Below are positions 20,018 through 29,983 of a stretch of DNA of 64,000 bases, piece by piece (positions within the stretch are counted from its first letter, which is position 1; each line of letters begins with the position of its first letter). A program made the position numbers and the translations under genes. The stretch spans positions 80,995 to 144,994 of the forward strand of contig JAZROD010000044.1 in NCBI GenBank assembly GCA_045648505.1. Reading direction: 5' to 3'. This DNA is from Clostridia bacterium. Lineage in GTDB: Bacteria; Bacillota; Clostridia; RGIG6154. The notes under the pieces were generated by a model. That model was not told where the DNA came from. It worked only from the letters and a program-made list of their open reading frames with translations, and searched no databases.

Positions 20018-20994
20018 ACAAGCTTTCTTCTAAAGAAGCAATCGCAGTTATTACCAATTTAATTTGTGCAAAAACCTTTTTAATGGTGCCCATTTATTTT
20101 AAAAGAATTACAGAAAGCGGAAGCATTGTAACTGTTTTATATATTTTTCTGCTTGCATTTATTTTTCTTTTACTCAAAAATTTTACACCGAAAGCAAAAA
20201 TCAAAGCTTTATACCCACCTATAGCTTTAATAATGCTTGTTGTTTGCAGTATAAATCTTTTTGAATACTCCATGACCATTTCTTCTCTTTTCTTTAAAAA
20301 CACGCCACTTTTATTGATTTTTCTTTTCTTTTGTGTTGCAATGGTTTTTGGTGCATACTCAAACATAGGCAAGCTTAACTTGTTTTTTACACCCATTATT
20401 TATTCAGTTGTATTTTTAATGCTTATTTTTACTTTTTCGGGCGGAAATTATTATTATCTGTTCCCCATTTTCGGCAAAGGTTTTGATTCAGTATTTAAAG
20501 ATGGTTTTTTTATGCTTTCATCTCTTTTTGAGCTTGTTGTTTTGATTTTTATTCCCGATTTGCTGAAAAATAAGAAAGATATGAAAAAAGTTTCTGCATT
20601 TTCTTTGATTTTTTCTTTAATAATTTTTCTGGTTATAACCTCTGCGTGCCTTGTGACGGTGCACACAGACCTGCCTGAAAACTGTTTTTCTCCATTGTTC
20701 TTAATTTTACGACAAATAAAAATAGGCACTTATTTTCAGCACCCCGATACTGCATTTCTTATAATCTATTTCATCTCTGCATTTTTGTATCTTTCAACTA
20801 TGCTTTACTTTTCGGCACATATCTTTGCACTTTCAGGTCGAAAATTGTCGAAAAAGATGTTTATTATTCCTTTTTCGCTTATTGTTTTGATTCTTGGAAT
20901 TAATGCGGGTGCATTTATAGAAGCTTCATCAATTTTAAATATGCTTTTATGGATTTTTCCCTTTGTTGTGCCTTTGTTTTTAAGGAGGTCTTAA
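20014..20994 (+). CDS. spore germination protein B subunit (spore permease family)
   Basis: About 10 TM helices; start MNKLSSKEAI overlaps the A-subunit stop by ATGA. Confidence 0.7.
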   Translation: MNKLSSKEAIAVITNLICAKTFLMVPIYFKRITESGSIVTVLYIFLLAFIFLLLKNFTPKAKIKALYPPIALIMLVVCSINLFEYSMTISSLFFKNTPLLLIFLFFCVAMVFGAYSNIGKLNLFFTPIIYSVVFLMLIFTFSGGNYYYLFPIFGKGFDSVFKDGFFMLSSLFELVVLIFIPDLLKNKKDMKKVSAFSLIFSLIIFLVITSACLVTVHTDLPENCFSPLFLILRQIKIGTYFQHPDTAFLIIYFISAFLYLSTMLYFSAHIFALSGRKLSKKMFIIPFSLIVLILGINAGAFIEASSILNMLLWIFPFVVPLFLRRS

Positions 20995-20995
20995 T

Positions 20996-21982
20996 ATGAA
21001 AAAATTTTTACTTGCCGTTTTAGTATTTTCAACATTTCTTTTAACTTCGTGTTTTGACGGTGCTGAAACAGAAAACCGCGCTTATGTGGTTGCTATCGGT
21101 ATTGACAAAACACAGACCAAAGAATTAAGCTACACATTTCAGTACGCCCTGCCCCTTAACATTGACAGTACAGAAGATGAATCACTTAAATGCGAAACGA
21201 TAAATGCAACAAACATATACAGTGCATCTGATATTTTCAACTCTCATATTTCCAGGGAAATAAATTTTTCTCATTTAAAGCTTATAGTTTTCAATGAAAA
21301 TGTGGCATCTGACGGACTTGAACGCTTCAAGCCCATGCTTTTAAGCAATACCGATATTCTCCCCTCTGCCTGTATTACCATTTCAAAAGAGCCTGCACAG
21401 GAATATCTTGAAAATGTATTTTCACCCCTTGAGCTCAACCCTGCCAAATACTACAACTTTGCATTTGATGAAAAAAATTCGCCTTTTTCCGAAGCCTTTT
21501 ATATAAAGAACTTCTTTGAAAAAACTGACTATGTTATCCCCTTCACCAAAGAAGGGGCAGTTGTTTTTAAAGACCATAAAGCCGTCTCAACTCTTGAAGA
21601 CAATGAAATTCCATACTATAAGCTTCTGGCAGGCACAATGAACAAATTTACCATAGACTTCACAGGTCAGGGTTTTTCCTGTGTTGCAGTTCAGGAAAAG
21701 AAGCCTTCCATCCGAATTGACAAAAACAACTTAAATGTTTTTATCACCCTTCACCTTAAACTTTCTTTTTACGGTAATCCGCCAAAAAACGCCAAAGCCT
21801 TAACAGAAACCAAAATAAAACAAAAGTGCCTTAATATTATAAATAAGGCACAAAACAAAAACACCGATATATTAAACATAGCCACCGCCTTCAGACCGCA
21901 CTTTTCAACACTCCATCAATACGAAGCCTTTAATTTTCAAGAAAAATATCAGGAAATTTATTTTGATATTATAATAAAATAA
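20996..21982 (+). CDS. spore germination protein C subunit (GerAC-family lipoprotein)
   Basis: Lipobox LLTSCF and a YVVAIGIDKT start typical of Ger(x)C; third gene of the operon. Confidence 0.7.
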   Translation: MKKFLLAVLVFSTFLLTSCFDGAETENRAYVVAIGIDKTQTKELSYTFQYALPLNIDSTEDESLKCETINATNIYSASDIFNSHISREINFSHLKLIVFNENVASDGLERFKPMLLSNTDILPSACITISKEPAQEYLENVFSPLELNPAKYYNFAFDEKNSPFSEAFYIKNFFEKTDYVIPFTKEGAVVFKDHKAVSTLEDNEIPYYKLLAGTMNKFTIDFTGQGFSCVAVQEKKPSIRIDKNNLNVFITLHLKLSFYGNPPKNAKALTETKIKQKCLNIINKAQNKNTDILNIATAFRPHFSTLHQYEAFNFQEKYQEIYFDIIIK

Positions 21983-22239
21983 TATTTGTCTAATTTTGTC
22001 GAACAATTTTTATAGACAAATTTGTCATTTTATGCTAATATAATAATTGCCAAGCATAAGTTAATATAATTTCAAAAAAGCTATGCGTTTTTGCTTCGTG
22101 TAAAAACGTATGGGCTCTTATTAATGTATAGCTTTTGGCGATTATATTAACATTCTTGTGCTTGGCGGTTCAAGTGAGTCTGTCGTTTTTCGTGCGTCAG
22201 CCTCGCTGACGCATTTTTTAATTAAAAGGAGAAATTATT

Positions 22240-22368
22240 ATGGAAAACTATAAAGAAATGTACCTAGCATTATTTAACGGCATAACAGATGAAATCAAAA
22301 GACTCAAAGAACTTCAGAAAAAAGTAGAAGAAATGTACATAAATTGTGAAGATAAATCTTCACAGTGA
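22240..22368 (+). CDS. hypothetical small protein (42 aa)
   Basis: AAAAGGAG RBS 8 nt before the ATG. Encodes MENYKEMYLALFNGITDEIKRLKELQKKVEEMYINCEDKSSQ and is preceded by a GCGTCAGCctcGCTGACGC-attttttaa hairpin. Confidence 0.2.
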   Translation: MENYKEMYLALFNGITDEIKRLKELQKKVEEMYINCEDKSSQ

Positions 22369-22564
22369 TATTGATTACTAATGTAATCAGTTATATTACC
22401 TGCGTAGTTATATTGCCCTGCAGTGATATTCGACTTCGTCGAGTGGTGGACAAATTGCTACGCAATTTTTTATTTAAAATACTATAGCAGAACCCCAAAA
22501 TCGGAGGTATATTTTGATAAAGCCAACCCGTAGTGTATGTGTTATACATGAGTGGTTGGCTTTA

Positions 22565-22603
22565 TTAAAAAACAAGACCTTAAGCTAACGCTTAAGGTCT
22601 TGT
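22565..22603 (-). terminator. intrinsic terminator of the rpsF-ssb-rpsR operon
   Basis: Minus strand reads CAAGACCTTAAGCgttaGCTTAAGGTCTTG-tttttt. Confidence 0.6.
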
Positions 22604-22629
22604 GGTAGAACCCGATTTTGGAGTTCTTA

Positions 22630-22884
22630 TCAATCATTAGAATATGGCAATAAAGCAATATGTCTTGCTCTTTTAATAGCCTCTGTAAGCTGTCTCTGGT
22701 GCTTTGCGCAAGTACCTGTGATTCTTCTAGGAAGGATCTTTGATCTTTCTGATACGAATCTCTTAAGCTTAGCTGTATCTTTATAGTCGATATGTTCAAC
22801 TTTATCAAGACAGAACTGACAAACCTTTTTCTTAGGTCTTCTCATTCTCATCTTGTCTTTGAAATTTTCTTTCATTTCTGACAT
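22630..22884 (-). CDS. rpsR: 30S ribosomal protein S18
   Basis: CQFC...[29 protein letters not shown]. Confidence 0.9.
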   Translation of the reverse strand: MSEMKENFKDKMRMRRPKKKVCQFCLDKVEHIDYKDTAKLKRFVSERSKILPRRITGTCAKHQRQLTEAIKRARHIALLPYSND

Positions 22885-22905
22885 TTTCGTTACACCTCCA
22901 ATTGG

Positions 22906-23352
22906 TTAAAATGGTAAATCATCTTCATCAGGCACAACCTGGAATCCGTCTGATACGGGTGGCTGTGTCTGCTGCGGAGCTGACTGTGCAGGCGCAGTTG
23001 TGTAGGTAGCAGGCTGCTGTGAGCCGCCATCTCTTTTGCTTTCGGTGAATGAAACCTCGTCTGCAACAACTTCTGTTACATAAACGCGTTTTCCATCCTT
23101 ATCGTCGTAGTTTCTTGTCTGAATTCTACCAACTACTGCAATCATCTGTCCCTTAACAAAATATTTAGAAACAAACTCTGCAGTTGATCTCCATGCAACG
23201 ATGCTGATAAAGTCTGCCTGTCTTTCTTCTCCCTGACGGACATAACCTCTGTCAACTGCGATGCTGAATGTGCATACATTTGCACCTGTTGGTGTTGTTC
23301 TGAGTTCTGGGTCACGAACGAGTCTGCCCATTAAAATAACTTTGTTCAACAT
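22906..23352 (-). CDS. ssb: single-stranded DNA-binding protein
   Basis: OB-fold MLNKVILMGRLVRDPELR...IVAWR and an acidic C-terminal DDLPF tail. Confidence 0.9.
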   Translation of the reverse strand: MLNKVILMGRLVRDPELRTTPTGANVCTFSIAVDRGYVRQGEERQADFISIVAWRSTAEFVSKYFVKGQMIAVVGRIQTRNYDDKDGKRVYVTEVVADEVSFTESKRDGGSQQPATYTTAPAQSAPQQTQPPVSDGFQVVPDEDDLPF

Positions 23353-23373
23353 TCTTTTTTACCAACCTTTCAA

Positions 23374-23667
23374 TTATTTTGCCTGATTGATAACGATGTA
23401 TCTTAAGATACCATCTGTGATTTTGAACTGTCTGCATAATTCTGCAGGGAACTCAGGTGCTGCAGTGAATTCAACTAAAACATAATATCCTTCGGTTAAA
23501 TCGTCGATTTCGTAAGCAAGTCTTCTTTTGCCCCAATCGTCAACCTTTGAGATTTCACCGTTAGCGGAAATTAATGATTTGAACTTTTCAACCAAAGCTG
23601 TAACCTGTTCTTCACCTCTTGAAGAATCAACAATAAAAATTGTTTCGTAGTTATGAGTTTTAACCAT
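23374..23667 (-). CDS. rpsF: 30S ribosomal protein S6
   Basis: DWGKRRLAYEIDDLTEGYYVL. Its 5' UTR contains a CTTACGCACAGAGCGTAAG stem. Confidence 0.9.
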   Translation of the reverse strand: MVKTHNYETIFIVDSSRGEEQVTALVEKFKSLISANGEISKVDDWGKRRLAYEIDDLTEGYYVLVEFTAAPEFPAELCRQFKITDGILRYIVINQAK

Positions 23668-23784
23668 CTCTTTACACCTCCTTCTGGACTCTGACTTACG
23701 CTCTGTGCGTAAGTAAGGATAAAAATATATATGAACTTTTATTCATACCAAACTATTATAACAAGACTTTTCTATAATGTCAAG

Positions 23785-24825
23785 TTAATTTTTTGCAAAC
23801 TGTGCTCTTGCAAGTGAGCCAAGGTCATCAATATGCTCTAATGCCTTACCTGTACCGATTGCAACACAAGAAATTGAGTCTGCCGCAACTTCAACCTTGA
23901 TACCTGTTTCTCTCTGGAGAAGTTTATCAAGACCGTAAATAAGGCTTCCGCCACCTGTTAAGATAATACCTCTTGTTGAGATATCACCGATAAGTTCAGG
24001 CGGAGTTTTTTCCATTACATTATGGATAGCTTCGCAAATCTGTGAAACCGGTTCTTCTAAAGCTTCAAATGTTTCTTCTGAAGAAATTGTAATTGTCTGT
24101 GGAAGACCTGTAATCAAGCTTCTTCCCTTAACCTGACATGTAACAACTTCATCTCTTAAATAAACACTACCAACCTGAATTTTAACTTCTTCTGCAGTTC
24201 TTTCACCGATTGCAACATTATATTTCTTTCTGATATATTTAACGATAGCTTCGTCAAACTTATCACCGCCAACCTTGATTGATTCAGATGTAACAATACC
24301 GCCAAGAGAAATAACAGCGATATCTGTTGTACCACCACCGATATCAACAACCATTGAACCATAAGGCTTGTCTATTTCAATACCTGAACCAATAGCTGCT
24401 GCAATAGGTTCTTCGATAATGAATACAGATCTTGCACCTGCGTGAACTGTTGCATCAATAACGGCTCTCTGTTCAACTTCAGTAACACCGCTTGGTACAC
24501 AAACAATAACACGTGGCTTGAAAAGCTTTGAAGGATTTACTTTAGAGATAAAATATTTAAGCATTTTTTCTGTTGTTTCGTAGTCAGAAATTACGCCCTC
24601 CTTCATTGGTCTGATAGCTCTGATATTGCCTGGTGTTCTTCCAAGCATTTCCTGTGCTTCAATACCAACTTTAACAACCTGCTTTGTTGCACTGTCAATT
24701 GCAACTACAGAAGGTTCTCTGATAACAATACCCTTATCCTTCACATAAACAAGAACAGATGCAGTACCAAGGTCGATACCGATATCAGTTCCGAATCCAA
24801 ATAATCTTTTGAAAAAATCGAACAA
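23785..24825 (-). CDS. mreB: rod shape-determining protein MreB/Mbl
   Basis: Actin-fold motifs IGIDLGTASVLVYV and DIGGGTTDIAVISLGGIV; 346 aa. Confidence 0.85.
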   Translation of the reverse strand: MFDFFKRLFGFGTDIGIDLGTASVLVYVKDKGIVIREPSVVAIDSATKQVVKVGIEAQEMLGRTPGNIRAIRPMKEGVISDYETTEKMLKYFISKVNPSKLFKPRVIVCVPSGVTEVEQRAVIDATVHAGARSVFIIEEPIAAAIGSGIEIDKPYGSMVVDIGGGTTDIAVISLGGIVTSESIKVGGDKFDEAIVKYIRKKYNVAIGERTAEEVKIQVGSVYLRDEVVTCQVKGRSLITGLPQTITISSEETFEALEEPVSQICEAIHNVMEKTPPELIGDISTRGIILTGGGSLIYGLDKLLQRETGIKVEVAADSISCVAIGTGKALEHIDDLGSLARAQFAKN

Positions 24826-24862
24826 TTTTTACAACTCCTTACTATTATATCCTAATTATTTT

Positions 24863-24900
24863 ACCTTATTTTCGTCAAAAAAGCAAGCCACTATATATTG
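24863..24900 (-). terminator. intrinsic terminator of the surface-protein gene
   Basis: AAGCAAGCCActatatatTGGCTTGCTT with a U-run on the minus strand. Confidence 0.5.
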
Positions 24901-24938
24901 GCTTGCTTTTCCATTTATGCACAAAATATTCCCTTTGC

Positions 24939-27900
24939 TTATAAATTTCCGTTTATAGGCGAATAAACAGGTTTAATATTTGCGAGTCCGCTAAAGAACA
25001 ACAGTTTATATCCTGTTGCTCCCTCACACTGAAGGGTAACTGTATCGCTGTATGCAGATGTAACAGGAATTGCTTTTGATGCAAGCTGAACCCCTCTCTT
25101 GTTGTATGCTTTTACAATCATAAGGGCACTGTCTTTAACAACCTGTTCGTTAAGATTGATTTCAAGACTTACACCGCTATCTGTCTTTGTTGCCGAAACA
25201 ACCTCTGTTGATGCTAAAGAATATACAGAGAACTTTTTAGCACAGATTATAATACTGTCGCTGTTTACTATGAAATATTCACCATCTGCATTAGGTGTTG
25301 TTGTAAGAGCATCAACACTTCCTTCGTGCATTCTAAAAACTATATAAGAAGCTCTTCCTTTGCTTTCAGCGGGAAGTGCAACCTCAAATTCAAGAAGTCC
25401 TTCTGTTTCGGTTACCTCTTTAGCATTCAGACCTTGCTGCTTTTCGATTTTTATGTCTATATTCTGCACGACCTCATAATCTGTATAGTTTTTCGCCACT
25501 TCATTAGTTATTTCTTCCGGTTGTTCTGCACTTCTTACCAATACATTAACCGTTACCGAATTTACAGTTGTATCTATATAATTTTTATCTTCCTGATCAA
25601 AAGCATTTTCAAGTCCTGCAACTGAAGAAATCAAATTAGTTGAGTCTGCAACTGTGGTTTCCATACGGGTAAAATCAACCGTGCCCAAATCAAAGGTTCT
25701 TCCTGTTAAATCAAGATATACCGATTTTGATAAATAATTGCTGACAAGGGTAGTCATTTGTTTAATACCGCTTCTATAGGTAAACCAAAAGTTTCCGTCT
25801 GCGTCTGTGGTGTATGTACTACCAAGTACATAAACTTCTTTATTTGCGGCAACCTCTCCGTTATATGTAATTTTACCTGTAACTGTAGTGTATGGTGTAA
25901 ATTTAGCATATACTGTAACATCTTCGTCAGGCATAACAGCAGGCGGTAATGGTTCCCAGCCGTTAAACCAATGACCCTCAATAGATGGAGTTTGAGTAAG
26001 GTATCCTATTTTTTCCCCACAACCCACCATCATACTTGCAAACTCTTTTCCGTCTACCATATAGGTTAACTTATGCATATTGATGAAATCAATGCTGTCG
26101 GATACTGTTTGTGTTCTTGTTTCATCATCATTTGCAAAAGTAACATTAACCGACTGATATCCGTGGTTTACAGACGGCAGTACATATGAAACTTTTGGTG
26201 TTATTGGGAAATATGCTCCGTCTTCTATTTTATATTTTGTATAGCCGTTTGCATTAAGAGTTAATGTAACATTTCTGTTTGTTGTCTCAGCATCGCTGTT
26301 GTTAATTACAACACTTGCACTGTAATTTAAAAGTCCGCAAAGTGCCTTGCCGTCCTTTACATAGTATGTTGCATCTTTGCCGTTTAATGCAAGAATATCA
26401 TAATCCCAGTTTTCAAGTTCAAGTTCTGTTACTTCAATACCTTTAAGGTTGTCTATATCTTTAAGTGTTCCACTATCTATGGTAAGAGTATTTTCGTCGG
26501 CATATCCAATGCCTGTAATCTTACTGTAGCCGTTTTTGAATAAAAGTGTTTTGTCTGTTTTTTTATATACAGGTCCGTTCACAGTCCACTCTGTCTGTTC
26601 ATAAAGCTTTACTTCAACTGTATTTGCAGTAAGCAGTGCCATCTGTTCTCTTGTGACGGTACTGTCGTAATCCATAACTATACCCTTCAAAATGCCTGCA
26701 CCGCTTGCTGCTGCCATATATGCTGTAGGGTAATAACCACCATAGTTTTGTGCAACAATTTCATATCCCGTTATTGAAACCAAAACCTTTGCAATCTGTG
26801 CATAGGTCATTTCTGTTTCAACGCCGAATACGCCTGCGCCGTCACCATTTATAACACCTTTGTTGCAAAGATACATAACATATCCGTTAAGGTCTGTTCC
26901 TGTTTGCACATCGCTGAAGTGAGAAGTTGTACTGTTCAATGATTTCGCATATTCTTCTCCACCCGTCATTTTTACAACGATTTCGCAAAGTTCGCCTTTT
27001 GTTATATTGGCTTTAGGGTTATCATAGACATTTGTCATTAAGCCTAAATCGTATGCAATTTTGGCAGACTCCACATATCTTGCATCTGTTATACTGCTTC
27101 TTTCTACCTTTGTAAGCTCTTTTTTGCCCATTAACATACAAAAGTCAGACTTACTCATTTCCTTATTGTTTCTGTTTGAAGGAACTGAATAAACTGCAGC
27201 AACCATCTTTGCTTTTTCTTTATCGTACTTGTTGCTGTTCGAATTGTGCCAGCTTTCTATTGTTGAATTGAAATAATCAATATCAGACTGGTCAACATAT
27301 ATTTTATCGCCTGTGCTGTATTCAACAAGAAGCTGATGATATTCTTTTTCATCATAAGTCAAATAGTATGCAACTGCATAAGATGCAACATTTGAGTCAG
27401 TATTTGTCCATCTTAAAATGTTATCTCCATATGAAAGGTTTGTTGCCTTTGCAACTGTTGGTTTCTTATTGTAATAATATGGACTGCTGTATTGGATATC
27501 ATTGTTAAAATCAAGGTTATCGTCAACAGAGCAAACAGAGAAACGATATTCACCGCTTCCGTGATCTACCATTGAATAAATGAAGTTGTTGTATTCAACG
27601 CCCTGCACATTTTCATAAGGCTCTGTAAAATACCATGTACCGTCAATTTCAACATCATCTTTATAAAGCTTTATGTAATATCCGTCTTCATCGCTTGCAG
27701 GCATAAACTTTATTACACCAATTTCATCGCCCCACTGAAGGTCGCCAAACTCTGTTGGCTCTTCCTCTTCAGGTGTTTCAATAACCGAACCATCCAAAGT
27801 TACATAATCTGAATAAGATGGATTTTTTTCATTAATGTCATAAGTCATTGCGTTAACGGAAATACCTATAATTGCATCTTCAGGATCTAATCCCTCATTC

Positions 27901-28499
27901 TCGGCTTCCCACTCAATATCTTCATAAAGCCACTCAAATTCCGAAGGACCGTCTTCAAAGAAATCAAAATAATTGTCATTTCCCACATCATATGTGCAAT
28001 ATGGATTCATACCCTCGTTTATATCAAAAGTATATCCAAGTACAACTTCGTAAAAATCCGCTCCCTGAACTGCATTCCATGTAACAAGATATTTTTTTGC
28101 ATCAAATTTGATATTAGTTGCTTTTGCAAGTGAAACATTAGGTTTTTTATAAACAAAGTTCTCTGATGACTTAAATGTATACTCGCCATTTCCATTACTT
28201 GAGCCTACTTCAACCCTATATGTACCGCTTCCATTATCAAGAATTTCCTCAAGAAGATAAAGATACAGCTCATCTTCATGATAATTGTCCGTATGATGTG
28301 TCCATTCATCTATAATGCGATTGTCTTTATACACATTAATTCTGTATTCATCAACACCATTTACCAATGTGAACATAAATTCACCTGGATATTCTCCTGT
28401 CCAGCAAACTGTTGCCGGTGCTGTTGCCGCAGATACTGTGAATGTAAGCATCTGCATAAGCATCATTACTGCAATTATAAAACTTAATGCTTTTTTCAT
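24939..28499 (-). CDS. large secreted cell-surface protein with internal duplicated domains and central SLH-like domains
   Basis: Signal peptide MKKALSFIIAVMMLMQMLTFTVSA. Two homologous blocks of about 230 aa (YRINVYKDNRIIDEW... and YYIKLYKDDVEIDGTW...). SLH-like motif HFSDVQTGTDLNGYVMYLCNKGVINGDGAGVFGVETEMTYAQIAKVLV. Confidence 0.6.
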   Translation of the reverse strand: MKKALSFIIAVMMLMQMLTFTVSAATAPATVCWTGEYPGEFMFTLVNGVDEYRINVYKDNRIIDEWTHHTDNYHEDELYLYLLEEILDNGSGTYRVEVGSSNGNGEYTFKSSENFVYKKPNVSLAKATNIKFDAKKYLVTWNAVQGADFYEVVLGYTFDINEGMNPYCTYDVGNDNYFDFFEDGPSEFEWLYEDIEWEAENEGLDPEDAIIGISVNAMTYDINEKNPSYSDYVTLDGSVIETPEEEEPTEFGDLQWGDEIGVIKFMPASDEDGYYIKLYKDDVEIDGTWYFTEPYENVQGVEYNNFIYSMVDHGSGEYRFSVCSVDDNLDFNNDIQYSSPYYYNKKPTVAKATNLSYGDNILRWTNTDSNVASYAVAYYLTYDEKEYHQLLVEYSTGDKIYVDQSDIDYFNSTIESWHNSNSNKYDKEKAKMVAAVYSVPSNRNNKEMSKSDFCMLMGKKELTKVERSSITDARYVESAKIAYDLGLMTNVYDNPKANITKGELCEIVVKMTGGEEYAKSLNSTTSHFSDVQTGTDLNGYVMYLCNKGVINGDGAGVFGVETEMTYAQIAKVLVSITGYEIVAQNYGGYYPTAYMAAASGAGILKGIVMDYDSTVTREQMALLTANTVEVKLYEQTEWTVNGPVYKKTDKTLLFKNGYSKITGIGYADENTLTIDSGTLKDIDNLKGIEVTELELENWDYDILALNGKDATYYVKDGKALCGLLNYSASVVINNSDAETTNRNVTLTLNANGYTKYKIEDGAYFPITPKVSYVLPSVNHGYQSVNVTFANDDETRTQTVSDSIDFINMHKLTYMVDGKEFASMMVGCGEKIGYLTQTPSIEGHWFNGWEPLPPAVMPDEDVTVYAKFTPYTTVTGKITYNGEVAANKEVYVLGSTYTTDADGNFWFTYRSGIKQMTTLVSNYLSKSVYLDLTGRTFDLGTVDFTRMETTVADSTNLISSVAGLENAFDQEDKNYIDTTVNSVTVNVLVRSAEQPEEITNEVAKNYTDYEVVQNIDIKIEKQQGLNAKEVTETEGLLEFEVALPAESKGRASYIVFRMHEGSVDALTTTPNADGEYFIVNSDSIIICAKKFSVYSLASTEVVSATKTDSGVSLEINLNEQVVKDSALMIVKAYNKRGVQLASKAIPVTSAYSDTVTLQCEGATGYKLLFFSGLANIKPVYSPINGNL

Positions 28500-28530
28500 A
28501 AAATCACTCCAAATAAGTTATTTGCTTTAT

Positions 28531-28559
28531 TATACTACAGAAAATGTTTATTTTCAAGC
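28531..28559 (-). promoter_or_regulatory. consensus sigma-A promoter for the surface-protein gene
   Basis: Minus strand reads TTGAAA-17 nt-TATAAT, back-to-back with the plus-strand promoter of hairpin-array copy 1. Confidence 0.5.
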
Positions 28560-28561
28560 TT

Positions 28562-28852
28562 TTTATATTTCTTGCATTTTCTATACCTTTGTGATAAAAT
28601 GATATATTGTTCAGGAGTCGGAATTTATCTAAGTAAATTGCCCTTAGGGCATGAATTGAAATCAGTGATTTCATAAATTGGCGTCACCATGAATTGAGGT
28701 CTGCGACCTCATGAATGAATAAAAATCGCAAAGCGATTTTATCCTTAATGCAAACTTGTTTGCAATTCATGTTGCGAATAGCATCAATTTATTGAGCGAA
28801 AGCGAAAATTCATAACAACGAAGTTGTTAATTATTTTTAAGAAGCATATAAA
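28562..28852 (+). repeat. hairpin-array element family 1, copy 1 (promoter plus about 260-bp repeat, followed by terminator)
   Basis: TTGCAT-17-TGaTAAAAT at 28562-28590. The body has short palindromes (GCCCttaGGGC, GAAATCAgTGATTTC, GAGGTCtgcGACCTC, AAAATCGCaaaGCGATTTT, CAAACttGTTTG) joined by ATGAATT linkers. About 96% identical to the copy at 31216-31497. Confidence 0.7.
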
Positions 28853-28888
28853 TAAAGCAGACAGAAATACTGTCTGCTTTATTTATTA
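28850..28888. terminator. bidirectional intrinsic terminator
   Basis: AAAGCAGACAGaaatacTGTCTGCTTT flanked by A/T runs; closes both copy 1 (+) and membrane gene A (-). Confidence 0.6.
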
Positions 28889-29938
28889 TTTAGTCATAAC
28901 CCATAAATCTACTGGTTCCAAAATAATTTCGCAATCTTTAGCAAAGTTTCCTTTTGTACAAACGGCACACAAATTTGTTTTATTTGAAATTCCTTCAACT
29001 GGCAAAACAAAATATGCACTGCCAACCAATGTTTTATTTTGGTAAATCTTTGCTCTTATTGCACCATCCAAAGACGCATTCTTATATTCTTTCAATAATT
29101 TTTCGACTTCAAAATCAGCACTAACTATCATCGCACTATCGGTATATTCAATCGCAGTTATATTCCCTATTTCTACCTTTTCAAATAATTTTTCAGTGTC
29201 TTCGTCCAAAATTTTCACATTCTGATGTAAATTAGTTTTCATCACATCATATTTTTTCAGTTTGCTTTTTTCTTCATTTATTGAAGCATATATGTTATTG
29301 TTTAAAAAGTTTACAATTGGACCATAAACTGCGTTGTGTTCTCTTACTTTTACATTCTCAGCCTCTGTTTCCAATGCCGTCATTATTCCTGCTACAGGAC
29401 CTGCAAGACCGTTAGCTATTCCTCCCCATGTTGCCCAATTATGTTCTTTTTTTAGAAAAGTATTTCTGTTTCGAGCAACATCCAAGTTTAGTTCAGACAT
29501 ATTTATCTTTGTATATTTTATCTTTCTTTCAAGCATTATTTTGCTTTTTTCTAAACCTCGGTATCCATAACCACACATAGTTTCTTCCAATAGGAAGAAT
29601 TGTTTTTGTCTTTCATCGCTGTTTTCGGCATTTCCTTTTATAAACCCTTCATACAAACAATCTTCAGGCCATTTTTTGTCTACATCAAATATCCCAAAAC
29701 CAATTTTACTTATCAAATATTTATTATAGGCATCCACCGTCACACTTATCATAAATATTAGGGGAGCAAAGAAAAGAATAAGCATAACTATTAAAAATCC
29801 ACCCATATCCAAAAACGACTCTATACCATCTTCAACAAGCACCCCAATCATACTTATAATCCAAAGGATTGAAAACCACCATCCACCTATGAAAGCACCT
29901 TTTTTAGTTCTACTGAAAAAGCAATCTATCCTTTTCAT
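28886..29938 (-). CDS. hypothetical membrane-anchored protein (two N-terminal TM helices plus about 270-aa soluble domain)
   Basis: Track ORF 28886..29977; AAAGGAG RBS before the internal MKRIDCFF start. No recognisable family. Contains WATWGGIANGLAGPVAGIMTALE. Confidence 0.5.
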   Translation of the reverse strand: MKRIDCFFSRTKKGAFIGGWWFSILWIISMIGVLVEDGIESFLDMGGFLIVMLILFFAPLIFMISVTVDAYNKYLISKIGFGIFDVDKKWPEDCLYEGFIKGNAENSDERQKQFFLLEETMCGYGYRGLEKSKIMLERKIKYTKINMSELNLDVARNRNTFLKKEHNWATWGGIANGLAGPVAGIMTALETEAENVKVREHNAVYGPIVNFLNNNIYASINEEKSKLKKYDVMKTNLHQNVKILDEDTEKLFEKVEIGNITAIEYTDSAMIVSADFEVEKLLKEYKNASLDGAIRAKIYQNKTLVGSAYFVLPVEGISNKTNLCAVCTKGNFAKDCEIILEPVDLWVMTK

Positions 29939-29983
29939 GTGCAACTCCTTTACTACTAAAATATCATTATGCATCAATATAAC

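Noticed and set aside
22150-22180. tRNA-like T-arm (GGTTCAAGT) in the gerAC to rpsR intergenic region
   Set aside because: No acceptor stem, D-arm or anticodon arm can be built around it.
22542-22808. Minus-strand ORF 22542..22808 (88 aa)
   Set aside because: Out-of-frame overlap with rpsR plus read-through into its terminator; no independent signal.
28562-28852. Small peptide (MNKNRKAILSLMQTCLQFMLRIASIY) encoded inside the hairpin-array element
   Set aside because: No Shine-Dalgarno sequence precedes it and the frame is a by-product of the ATGAAT linkers; the repeated stop codons elsewhere in the element argue for a non-coding role.
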